A stretch of 64,000 bases of DNA. Source: Oikopleura dioica (lineage: Eukaryota; Animalia; Chordata). Under the pieces are notes generated by a model. That model did not search any database. It worked only from the letters and a program-made list of their open reading frames with translations, and was not told the origin of the DNA. Positions 1-11,984 of this stretch are shown piece after piece (positions within the stretch are counted from its first letter, which is position 1; every line of letters begins with the position of its first letter). The position numbers and the translations under genes were made by a program. Location of the stretch: positions 3,906,001 through 3,970,000 of the forward strand of contig OU015568.1 of assembly GCA_907165135.1 (NCBI GenBank). Direction: 5' to 3'.

Positions 1-596
1 TCAATAAATCGGTAAATACTAAATGCAGAAAACGATTTTATGAGGAGAAGATTCGGCTGAATGCTATATCATATAGATATTTGACTGCGATCTTTACGAA
101 GAAAATAACGAATAATTACAGTATATCGTGGCTTTTTAGTTCAAGATACGGATGATTGATTTCCGCCTTTCCGATTTTTTGAAATCTTATTCGTAGCAAA
201 AAAGCTAATTGCCCTACCAGACTCTTTATAACCTAATAATTGACCGAAGATAAAAAAAAACTTAAAGAAAACTTGATTTTTCCTGGGACCAATTATCCTT
301 ATAATTAGCTTCTTCGCTTTTCCGGTTTTTTCTTTTTCTTCATCGTGAGTGGTGTCGCTCATCTTCCCACTAATTTACTGGACACCAGAATGCCCACACG
401 CACTTCAAAGACTCTGAGCCTTCATGGCTACCAGTACTTTTCTTCTTATTCGCGACTAGATGTCAGTGCAGAACATTTTCTGGCGAATAAAAGGAGCGTT
501 CGGAGATACCCTCTCAATCAAAATCAACTATTTCAATAGTTTGGCTTCTAGCTAATTGTTTGAAATAGAAAGAATCTCCTTAAATCAAGGAGGAAG

Positions 597-1118
597 ATGC
601 AAGCTATCAAGATTTGCATCATTCTTGTTTTTGTCAATGCTGAAACCGATGTTGAATGCGGAACGGTTTACGATGGTCGGGCGATTCAACTGACCGGGCG
701 ATACCTTCTCGAGATGGAATATGACGAGTGCTTCTCTCTTTGCACTTTTGTTCACGCGATAACATACGGGCCGTCTACTGCTTCTGGTCATATCTGCAAT
801 GCTATCTACAACCGCGGTTTCAAGCGATGTAATCTGCACCATACAGCTCTCAGCAAGGAAATCACCGAAACTATAAGGGAATTCGAAGGCACAAGAAACA
901 CCGGCTCAGTCATGGTCAGAAACAAAAAGCATTGCTCTGCCATTTGTGATCAAATCCCTTCATGTTTTATCGCAGTGACGAAATCGAGAGGACGACATGG
1001 GCACACCTGCTCTCTTTTCTCTGGAAACTTTGACTACACGAAGCCAGGAAGATGTAATGCTGCTAGCTGCTCTTGCAAAAGAAAACCAAGCAGATCACCA
1101 AGAACTTTCTTTGCCTGA
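597..1118 (+). CDS. Secreted Cys-rich protein with two PAN/apple-like modules, intronless
   Basis: 173 aa ORF; hydrophobic N-terminus (MQAIKICIILVFVNA); two C-x3-C...C patterns (ECFSLC...ICNAIYN...RCNL; KHCSAICDQIPSC...TCSLF). Confidence 0.55.
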   Translation: MQAIKICIILVFVNAETDVECGTVYDGRAIQLTGRYLLEMEYDECFSLCTFVHAITYGPSTASGHICNAIYNRGFKRCNLHHTALSKEITETIREFEGTRNTGSVMVRNKKHCSAICDQIPSCFIAVTKSRGRHGHTCSLFSGNFDYTKPGRCNAASCSCKRKPSRSPRTFFA

Positions 1119-1253
1119 TTCTTCTTCTTACTAATCTATTCTCTCCCATTTTTGGGCCCAAAAGTGCACTTTATTGACCTTTATCCAATAATTCATTCAA
1201 TAAATTCATCTAGTCATATTTCACCCGTTGTTTTATTCACTAGAAAGAGTCAT

Positions 1254-2019
1254 TTAACCTCGAAGAACGTTGATCTTAACATCTCGAGATGGTGCGCTAG
1301 AATAATCTCGAGCTTGTTCTTCTGGTTCGAATCGGTCTTCGAAGTTCTGTTCGTTTCGGACAGGGCCGACTCCAGCCAAGTGAGAAAGTCGGTCGATGCT
1401 TGAGCCAGTCACTAGGTGATTGGGGATTGATTTGAGGACAAGACTCAGGTTTGACTTACAGTGACATTTTGAGTTAGTATTCAAGGCATTTTGGAGAGTT
1501 TCTTTCATAGCAGCCTGAGTCGCAAACATGATTTCCATGGGAGTCATTGGTTTTGGTGGCTCAGCATTGACCTAAGGAAATTTATGATTCTCATGATCGC
1601 ACTCATTGACACCTGTTGAGCGGACTGCTGAGCTTCGATGATGGGCTCGTCCAAATCTTCGTAGGAAGTGACTGTTCTCTCCTTGACTCGTCGACCGTCG
1701 GGCATCACTTTGATGCACTCTCTGATTTCGCCGCTGTTGCCGTCAAGATCCTTTAAATTTTCAATCATCTTTCTTTTTCTCGAAAAAACGCTTACAGCAA
1801 AAACAGATTGAGGATTCTGAGCAGCCTGGAAAAATTTGGCTCGTCCAGAGTTGAAAAAATCGCGATCATCTCCGTTGAAAGTGTCGTACAATTTGTGCGC
1901 ATCTTCGGGCAAGTTAGAGTTTGATCCATTGTAGTAAACTCTATATAAAATGTTTTGATACTGCTTTGATGAAATTGTAACCTGTCTTCTGGGAGGAAAT
2001 CCTCGCATAAGTCCATCAC
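1254..2019 (-). CDS. Hypothetical spliced protein
   Basis: ORF pieces join through a GT-AG intron at 1612..1572 (QQ|VNAEPPKPMTPME); other junctions uncertain; no family recognised. Confidence 0.35.
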
Positions 2020-3515
2020 TCGATCGTTGATTGGGACATATCGTCTTCTTCTATTAAAAAGGGATGAAAACTCAATATTTCTTAGAGAAAAGAAAAGACT
2101 ACTCGATCAAAGACTACTGAGAATATTGAGCTTTCTCGATTCTAGAGCAGTTTTGCAATAAGTGCATACTGTAGTGGATCAGCAGAACTGATGATTCATC
2201 AGTACCGCTGGAGCATTTTAAAGTTAGTAAGTAGTAGCACCCGAATAAACTTACCGTCCAAGTTTATGCGATTCAACGCTGGGCATGTTATACGATTGGT
2301 ACCTAATCCAAGTGGTTATTGCTGAAGAAAAAACTCGGTGTCATGCAAAATCCTCTGTGTCCAAAAGAAGTGAGAAAAGAAGATAAATTGCTTACGTACC
2401 CTGATCGTCGAGACATATTTTATATCAAATCTCTTATTTGCTTTAAATTTTGGTTGAGAAGGGAGGGAGCTTTTCTCTTCTGAGCCTTAGCTTGAATTGG
2501 CCAATTACAAAATCACGCTAGCTTGGCAAGTCTTAGCGGCTTCTCTACTTTTTTGACGAACAGTAATCTTGGACGTGACATTATTCTAGCCTCACACTTC
2601 TCAAACGCGATAAGGCGGCCTGCGATCCCTGATTTAAGTACTGTTTTACTGCTGTTTTATTGCTCATTCAAACGCTTTTTTTATGATGTTAATTATTTAT
2701 TTGTCAAACCGATCTTTTACAGTTTGAGGTCACTATTCAGCTTCAGCTAAATAATCGTTGAAGAAGAAGTTTGACAAGTGAGATTTTTATAAAGCATGAG
2801 TTAGATGGTTTGAAAAGACATTGCGGCTCTAGAATCGCGCTGATCTTTTTGCGAAGGATTCTGAAGAGCCACAAGGCTGAAAAGACTTAACGAGGCGAGA
2901 GAGAATTCGAGAGAGAGAGAAGCTGTCACAGCGCTCGATAAGTAGTGGGTAAACTTGATTTTTGTTTAACACAGAACCTGATCAATCTACTATCAAAGTA
3001 GATCTACAGGTCAGGCTAGGGAGCATTTGACACCAAAGACATGATTGAAATGCTTTCAAAAGCACAAGGTAGCAAGTTGAAAAGCAGCGAGCGTTTCTAA
3101 GCACAAAGTGGGCACAGTTACCGAGAAAAGGGCTGGTGGACAAAGTAGCAAATTAGGCTAGGGAAATTTTCATCATGTCATCTTTTGGTAGTTTTGTGAT
3201 AGAATGAGCACTTCGTAAGTCTCCAAGGACTTTTTGATCAGGTGTAGGCGGCATTCTACTAGATGGAAAAGCCTGATCGGAAGTCCAAGTTAACGAAGAG
3301 AGCACCCTTAATATCGAGAACAGAGTTGTTCAAATACCTGTAAGATCTTATTTGTTCAAATAAGTAGGTGTGGAAAGTGTACTATACAGTGGTTTTTGTC
3401 GCAAAAATTTTATGTCCGTTTTTTGGGGTTAAGGGCACATGGAATGATACTTTATCATGAATTTCTACTATTGAGACACGCACAGGCACGGAGAGCTTGA
3501 ATTGGTGTTAACGGG

Positions 3516-6109
3516 TTAAAATGGGTATTTGGGTATGGTTTTGTACGTTAGTTTGTTTAGGGGGGTTTTCTTGACAAGTCGGGACTTGTAGCACCATGGG
3601 TTGAGTGGATCTGAAGACTTCTCAAAGCAGCAGCCTTGTTCGTAGATGCACTTGTGTCGGTCCATGATGAGCGCGCCCGAGTTGTCGGTACAGGCTTGTC
3701 GTGAAAGTGGGCGACTTCCGGTTCCAGTTTCCGAAAGAGAATATCTAATCAATAAATTAATTAATTGAAAAAAGGAAAAGTTGATTACCGTCCAGTAGCT
3801 GGATCTTGTTGCCATTTTCGCTGAGCAAGTCTTGGCCACTTGGGATCGTTAGCGCAGACCTTGAGCAAATCGCTTGTTGCGACCTTCTCGAGCATGTTGT
3901 AGTTGTCGGCAACAGAGAGATCGTTGTCCTGAAGGCCGGGTCGTTTGAAGCAATGAGGTCCAGCGAGGTTCATCGTTCCAAGGACACCCATCGAGCTGGC
4001 AGCGTCGGCGGCGGCTTGGGAGAAACAGCATCCGGCTTGGATGCACTGGTCTTCAGTAGCCATTCGGTTAAGAAGCTTGCCGAACTTGGAAGTGCCGTCG
4101 AAGCATTCTTCGCGCTGAGTAATGTCAGTGAGTTCACACTGGTTAGCCATGTTGCCAGTTTGCTGGTCGAAGAGTTGCTCAGCACCACCACGTCGGTAGC
4201 AGAATGGCTCGCCCTCCTGTCGTGGATTAGTGTCGAAGCAACAAAGTGGGTTGAGAAGACATTCTCCTCGGGAGATGCCTTGTGCACCACATTGTTGTCG
4301 GTAAGGATTCGCAGTCCAGTAATCATCAGCTGCTCTGGCAGCAGTACCAGGAATTGTGTTACCATTACGTTGGGCTACTGGAACATCACAGTGGCCGGAT
4401 CGAAGTGATCGGTAGCAGACTGGGTTGTTCTCGAAGAGGTTAAGTTCTCGGTAGCAGCATCCTTTTTGCTGGCAGCTGCCTTGAGGATCACCTACTTTCA
4501 AAGCTTCATAGTTGTTATCATAGCAGTTGACCATGTGCTCGGGTTGGATGAGCTGGCAAGTGTATGATTCACTGTTAAGTTGGCCTCTGACACTATCCAT
4601 GTGTCGATTGATGATGAAATCAAGCTGTTCAACGTCATTTCCTTGACCGGTGACAAAACCACCGATCTCGGGGATTTCCAAATCTCCAGCATTTGGCATG
4701 GCAGTTGGTCCATGCGCCTTCCATTCGAATTTTCGAGTTGATGGAGCAGGAGTAGCAAAGATGTTAAAATTACCATTGCCGTAGTTGTTGCCCCACCAGG
4801 ATTCCTGGCCTTGAGGATTTCCGAAGTAAGAACCTTCTTCCTTGTTGAGCCGTCGGAGAACATCGGGCATTTGGGACTCGGCCCAATTGGAAGCAGCCTG
4901 GAGATCTTGGAGCTGTGGGAGCTCGCCGCCAAAGAGGGTCTTGACGGTATCATCCTTGATCAAATGCTGGGCGATGCCGGAACCGATCTTGCCGATCAAG
5001 TTGTGGTAGCATTTTGGAACTCTTGCAGCTGCTCCAACAGTTGTACCAGTAGTAGCGGACAACTCATTGTAGCAGCAGCCCATCGCTTGACATTCGCCGG
5101 GAAGAACGACTTCCTGGTTGACCATGCAAGGCACTCGGATGCTATCCTCGTGCGCAGCGCAGACAAAGTCATTAGCAGCAACACCGAATTTCTCCTGGAA
5201 TTCAGTGGCCTTGATTCCGGCGACGTCATTTCCCAAAGCGACCTCAAGAATCACTTCTGATGGGACATATTTTTTTCCGGGAACATTGTTGTTATTGTTC
5301 TTCGTTGTGGTTTCGAGGAACTTGAACATCAGGTAAGCATCGTTGGGAGCGATTTGGTTGATTTTGTCTCCGAATCGATCCGAAATCAGCTTGGTCTGGA
5401 TGAGTTCTTTTTGGTCACCAGCAGCAAAAGGGGCGTGATCAGCAGTGTTACCGAATTTCTTGTAAAGGATCGTCTGCATGAAGGGATCAGCTGTCTTAAG
5501 CTGCTTGGCGAACAAGTACTCCTTGAGTTCATCTGACTTTCCGTCCAAAAGAAGGTCGGGCAAGTAAGGATCATCAGTGACGACTTGTCGGGCAACCATT
5601 CGCTTGAGAAGCTCGTCAGCCTTGGTGGGCTGGACCTTCTTGAGGCGAAGAATCGTTGCCATTGGATCGGGCATCATGTTGTAGATGATGCTTTGCTTGT
5701 CAATGGTCTGGTCGTTTCCGCTGTTTCCACCCTTGGCGTACTGCAAGAACAGAGGCGAAAGTTGAGAGTTTTGCATCGATTGGTAAGCGGAGTTCATAAA
5801 GTTGTCCTAGGGCTCTGTTTAAGAAATCGACTTTGATCATTATTTTTTTACCTTCATGTTTTGCAAAACATTCTCTTTGTTGCCAGATTGACCAGCGAAC
5901 ATCTGGAAAATATTGCTGTAGCCCATGTTTGGTGAATATTGGTTCACATTGATCAAGAGCTCAGAAATATCGTTTGTGTTCATGTTAAGGCCATTTGCGG
6001 CATTGACGCCATCAGCGACTTGGTTTTGGTACTTGTAGTTGAGGTAATCTTTGAGCCCGAAGGCATCAGACGACCCAACGAGGACAGTTAATCCACCAGA
6101 TAATTTCAT
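3516..6109 (-). CDS. Large secreted protein with ~5 trefoil (P-type) domains
   Basis: Exons 6109..5852, 5806..~3790 and a terminal exon to 3516; repeated C...C...C-x3-GCC...(P)xC(Y/F/W) motifs (ECQAMGCCY...KCY; SCQQKGCCY...VCY; ECLLNPLCCF...FCY; QCIQAGCCF...HCF; KCIYEQGCCF...WCY). Confidence 0.75.
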
Positions 6110-7252
6110 GCTGAAGAATCAATTGATTTCAATAAAAATTTCAGATCTTATAATGTACGTTAAATACCGTCATATACTGTATATGACTCATTTTATATGA
6201 CGGTATATGATAAACAGTTATCACTTCTTTTCCTTATTTGCCTTTTTATCTTATTAACTTTGACATATAAACTTACGTGGAGAATGGAATGGGGTAGATA
6301 TGTCTTGGATATCTAGAACCACTCCAACGAGGTTGTGACTTCTCTCTCTCTCGAGTTTAGCCGAGCAACGCGCTCGTTTTATACTTTTCAGCTACCTACA
6401 CGGCACCACCACCACCGCCCGCGGCCCTTCCACATCTAGAGAAATCTAAGAAAAATCCCCCGCTCGGGGCTTTTCAACCCTTTCTATCTCCCGTAGCTTC
6501 TCAATCTACGCATTCAACCATAAACAAAACCATGACAGTCTACCAAATTTCGGGAAGGCCAAAATGACAATTTTATTTTTCAAAAATAAAAGACGTAGCA
6601 ATGACTAAACGTCTAGAGATCGACACGTGCTGAGTGGGCACACTCGTTATGGCTTATTTGATAACAAATCATCCCTTTATTTACTCGAAGAAAACGTTTG
6701 ATCTAAGAAGTCCGCTCTCTTGCTTCAATCAACAATGGAATTTGGAAGTATTATTCTGGAAGCTGAATAAAAAAAGAAATAAAATGAAGCCCTTAGTAAA
6801 AGAAGTAAATTTTCGTTTAAAGAAGTTCGTTTATTACCGGTTTATCAGTGATACAGTATCACTTCTCAATAAAGACTCATTTACAAAATATCTTGAAACT
6901 AATAATAAATAAAGAAAAAAATTGTATTTTGTCGTTCTTCCAATAAACAGAAGCTGCATTAATTATATTTTGCTGTTCAAATTTTGAACTTTCAAAACCA
7001 AGGTCATAAATTCTGGCATCTTTCACCCAGATAGCCGTCATAAACTCGATCAAAATCGGAATCAAGTGGTGCTATTGCGTCAGTTTCCATTGAAAAATTC
7101 ACGAAGAAGGGTCTAGCGTAATCAGGCCGTAAAAAGATAATAATCACCGATTTGTCTTATAAAACAAGTGTGAGAGCCAGAGTTAGCATTTATTTCGAAA
7201 GCCAGGGTTTGGCCTTTATTTCGGAAGAAAAAAAGATACTCAGAGAATTGAA

Positions 7253-10200
7253 ATGCTGCTGCTTGGCTTATTGCTGGGCACGGCATTTTCTGCGACGAGA
7301 TATGAGGGCATTCCATATGCTCTGGTAAGAACAAAACTTTTGGTGGATTTTTCGTAAGACCGATTTTAGCCTCCCGTAGGAGATCTTCGATGGCGCAAGC
7401 CAGTTTCTCACGGAATGACTCTTCTTGAAGCCATGGACGCTAGAATTAACGGAAATCGCGAAGCATGTATCCAGCAAGACGGCACTGGCAAGGAAGATTG
7501 TCTCTACCTTGACATCGTGAAACCAGATGATCCGTCAAAAACTGGCCTTCCAATCTACTTTTGGATTCACGGAGGTCATTTCAGAAATGGAGCAGGAGCT
7601 TGGTACACTGGAGCTCCTCTTGGAGACAGCGAAGAAATGATCGTGGTGTCTATCCAGTATCGATTGGGGCCTTTGGGATGGCTGAACTACCCAAGACACA
7701 AGGGTTCCGAAATCCCGTTGAACATCGGTCTCTGGGATCAACGAATGGCTCTCAAATTTATCTACGACTACGCAACAACTATCGGAGGAGATCCCAACCG
7801 AATCACAGTCTCTGGCGAATCCGCTGGTGGAATTTCAACGAGCATCCATGCTCTTTCACCTGGTAGCTCAATGTACATCTCCCAGACTCTCCAGCAATCT
7901 GGGGCTGCTGCACTCTCCACCCCCGAAGCTTACGCTAATGCCGGCATTGACGGTGTACTTGTTTACATCTGCGGCCAAATAAGTTGCCCAGCCTTCACGA
8001 CCGGCCAAGATATTCTCGCATATTTGAGAACCCTGCCGTCCACGGGCGATAATTCTGCTGATTTCTGGACAGTTTATCACACTCTTTCTGCTGCAACGTC
8101 TGCTGGACCAACAAGTGACGACAGAGATTTCTACGGTGGAAAAACTCTTGACGAAATTATCGCCGACAAAAGCTTCAAAGTCATGCCAACGATCATTTTC
8201 TTCACCTCCTTCGAAGGATCCCTCAGCGTCGGATCATATCCAACAAAATACAACAGGGACAATTTCATGAGTGTTTGGTCTGATGAGGGACAAGGAAGCT
8301 TGCTTATGAGTCATAAGGATCTTACTTCTGAAGAGATCCGTGAAATAACCTGGAGATCTTATGGCAAACTTGCTTGCGATTTTCCCGATGAAACTGCAGC
8401 GAAATTCGAAAATATTGACGACAATACTGGTATTCGAATTGCTTTGGATCTTTACGGCGATTTGATGTTCCGTGGTCCGGGAATAAGGGTTGCTCTTGAA
8501 TACGCTCTTGCTGGAGCTGATACTTGGATCATGCACTTTGACACGGCTGAAAATCATGGCGATGTGCAATGGAGCAAGGGAGCCCCGCACGCAGCTGAAC
8601 TCAAGTACCTCTTCGGTTGGGGCCCAACTTCCGCGCCAGGTTCCGTGGGCGAATTCATGCTCAAGACTTGGCGAGCCTTTGTGACTACGGGAAGTCCTAA
8701 CTGGGGCACTTATACCTTTCCTCAATATGACGGTTTTGAAAGGCACATTGAAATCGAATCCGAAAATGAAGCGACCGTAATTGTCCGAAGCGACGACCGT
8801 TTCGACTTTGATGCTCACCTCTTTTACGACAGGTAAGTGGCAATTTGTGGAACCGGGCTAAAGCTGTGAATCTTCTTTGATGCACACAGGCATAAATATA
8901 GCAGTGCCTGGAAATAATGATTCCAGACATTTTACAATTCACTGATTTAGATAATTTCATATAATTCAAAACAAGTCAATCATATTTCGAGACAGTTGTC
9001 TTAGAACATGAAAGTCAGAATGTGCTTCTATTTTCCATCGAAAACGCGGCCAAGAGTGCCTTTGATATTGAAAATACCTTCGGCTTCCTCTTCAGGCTCT
9101 TCACAGACTTCTTCGATTTCCTCTCGGACGTTTTCCATCATTCTGCCGGAAATCTGGACCCCGCAACTCTAGAAGCGCATTTTAACTCACATAAAGTCCT
9201 ATTTTTACCATTCTTCCTTCATCAAATTCACGCCGGAATCTCTTTTTCGTAAGGAAGCTATTTGCATCTTCCTCAGTGATTGTGGGCAAACCAGATGCCG
9301 AAATGGCGAAAATGGTTAAAAAGCGAAAAGTTTTCATTCTCGATTGAGAAGAAGGGTTCAACTTTGAATTTGAAATGATTGGCTTTGTAAACAAACAGGG
9401 AAAACTGGGCTGAAGGACAACTGACTCAGTGTAAATTTAGCAATAATCAAGCACCCCTCGACATTTGCGTTTCTCCAACTCAGCCACCAACAATCCCTCC
9501 AACGCCTCCTCCAGATTACTGTACTTCCGTCACTGTAAGCGGAACAGCCTCGGGCAGGAACAACTATTTCTTCAACGGAGTCTATCACAAACAAGCTGAT
9601 CTCGTCAATGGTTCTCCTCAATTCAAATATGGTGGCTGGCATCTTGAGCGGACAACATCTGGCGGATGGGTGATAAACTACCAAGGCGGTAGTGCAATTG
9701 CCTGGGGAGTAGTCCTCGATCACTGGTGCCCTGCTTACACGACAGGAGGCTGGAGATGGTGGGACAGTATTACGAGCACCGTCGTTGATGACAATGCAGG
9801 TGTGATTGTTACTACTGATTCTGTTTCAACAACACCTGCGACAACAACAACAACGACAGGAACAGGAACAACAACGACTGTCTCTTCAACAACCACCACG
9901 ACAAAGTCAACGACTACGACAACAAACGCGCCAACAAACTGCGATATCGTCTGGACCTACGGATCTGGCTCAGTTCCCTACCACATGACCGGAGAATACG
10001 AGTTCACTGGAACCATGGTCAACGGAAAGAAACGATACGACTATTTCATTCCTGGTCTTTGGCTGATCTGGAAAGATGGTTCTTGGCGAGTTTCTTACAG
10101 TCCAACTGATGGCGACATGATGCTTGCATCCGGATCGACGAACTCTGATTGCCCCGCTGATGCCGGATCTTGGGCAAATGTCCATGGTGAAGCTGATTTC

Positions 10201-11554
10201 TTCGTGACAGACAATGAGGCTGACATTCCACCAATTACTCCTCCTGTTGCGACTCCATGTGACTCATTTACAATGGCCTCGATAACAAATAACCCCGCTA
10301 ATTTCATCGGATTCGGAACCTACCAGAAAACGGCTGATTCGACCAATGGATGGCCAATTTACCAAAATGAGCATGGTTTTGAAGCCCATATGAACAGTCT
10401 GGGATTCTGGCTTTTTGAAAAAGACGGGGATGCAAGAACAATGTTTGGTACCACCAAAGGAGCAAGCTGTCCAGCTCCCACGGCATCAGAACCTGCTGGA
10501 AAATGGAACTACTGGAATGGAGCATACACTGAATACACGTAAGTATAATGAGTTCAGAAACATTTCAGAGATCTTTTTCTAGAGATGATATTTATGCCCT
10601 GACCGGGAACCCATCCGGAGCTTGCCCAGAAGTGCATGTTTTTGGCGACATAACCGTGCCTTACTACATTACGGGGCCTTTCAAATGGGAAGGAGGTTTT
10701 ATGAATGGAAAACAACTGTACGTTCATGATCCACCAGGATTATGGCTTGCTTTTGACGAAGGAATGTGGCGAGTCGCTTATGATCTGAGCGATCCGAAGA
10801 CTCTTAATCTTGCCTCAGGTGAGTTATTAAAATAATGCAGTTCATTTAAACATTTAAAAGGTGTTGGAGATGTTGACTGCCCAGCAGACGCATCTTCCTG
10901 GTGGGTGTGGGACGGAACTCAGAGCGTTGAAAATCCAGCCGACTTTAATTTGGTCTCTGATCCAGCTGATATTCCCGATCTGACAGGTCCTCACGGACCG
11001 ACATGTGAGACATTTTCGCTCATCTCTAGGAACAATCAACCCGCTGGATTCGGTGCTTATGGAACGTACACTAGAACCGCTGATTATTCCCATCTCTGGC
11101 CAGTGTATCAAAATGAGAATGGCTGGCTTGCAGAGAGAAATAAACATGGTTTCTGGGAGTTTAACAAGGTACATTCAATAAATAACTCGTTTTTTAAAGC
11201 TCTTAGGATGGAGACGCTAGAGTAGTATTTGGAGTGAAGAAGGGCGCAAATTGCCCAGCTGCCAAGAGTGGCGATGGATGGTGGAGTCTGTTTGATAGCT
11301 TTACTGTTTACAGTGATGATATCGTTGCAACAGATTTGACTGTCACAACAACAACGACAACGTCGACAACGACAACATCGACTACGACCACTACGACTAC
11401 TACAACGACGACAACAACAACAACAACGACAACGACAACAACAACTACGACAACAACGACAACAACGACTACGACTACGACTACGACTACGACTACGACT
11501 ACGACTACCACAACGACTACAACGACCACAACTACAACAAGTATGAATATTTAA
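7253..11554 (+). CDS. Type-B carboxylesterase/cholinesterase-family protein with C-terminal Trp-rich repeats and poly-Thr mucin stalk
   Basis: Exon 1 7253..7324 (signal peptide, GIPYAL), exon 2 7370..8832 (PPVGDLRW, EDCLYL, WIHGG, GESAG nucleophile, HAAEL); phase-matched splice to 9399 (YDR|ENWA) and further exons (10583, 10861, ~11208); further small 3' exons possible. Confidence 0.75.
9028..9337 (-). CDS. Small secreted prepropeptide with Gla-protein-like propeptide and Glu-rich mature part, nested antisense in the esterase intron
   Basis: MKTFRFLTIFAISASG signal; ITEEDANSFLTKKRFRR propeptide/furin site; phase-0 GT-AG intron 9208..9169; exon 2 SCGVQISGRMMENVREEIEEVCEEPEEEAE; 3' end uncertain. 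Confidence 0.6.
11343..11541 (+). repeat. Coding trinucleotide repeat (ACA/ACG/ACT)n, poly-Thr
   Basis: Near-pure Thr codon run, ~60 residues, in ORF 11234..11554. Confidence 0.95.
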
Positions 11555-11984
11555 ATTTTATATACAGTCCTATTACAAACAGAACGATATTTTTTATGAA
11601 GTTTTCAACGTCTGAAAATGATAAAACCAGGTAAAAAGAATTTTTTTTTTCTGTCTTCAAAGTGAAGATCTATCGCTGCTCTCTTATCCTCTTGCTCCAT
11701 TTTTCATCATAATGAGTCACTTCTGAAAAAGAACCTTCGAGGCCTCTCAACTTCCAAAGAGTTCGATCGAAATTCAAGAATCTTCACGCGTTGACGTCAC
11801 ATGATTACTCTGCATGTTCATCACGTGAATCACCTTTACTCGCGTTTGCACAATCTGCTGAATCAGACGCTCGTATAAATCGCCAAACAAAAACGTCTCC
11901 AACTCATTTTCCTTTCCCATTCAAACGAAGACAGTTTCAGTTTTAATTTTTTAAACGAAAAAAATACTAAAACAAGAAAAGAGC

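Noticed and set aside
1544-1547. ATGA stop/start overlap between two minus-strand ORFs, resembling bacterial translational coupling
   Set aside because: A 41 nt GT-AG intron (1612..1572) joins the two frames into one protein
3806-5836. Long plus-strand ORFs opposite the trefoil gene, and similar antisense ORFs over VARS1, gag-pol and the esterase
   Set aside because: Shadow ORFs from codon bias of the real gene; no motifs or start context
6450-6475. Inverted NF-kB-like pair (AAAATCCCC...GGGGCTTTT) between divergent genes
   Set aside because: Neither half fits GGGRNNYYCC; too short to support
11308-11529. Poly-Val ORF on the minus strand
   Set aside because: Reverse complement of the poly-Thr repeat
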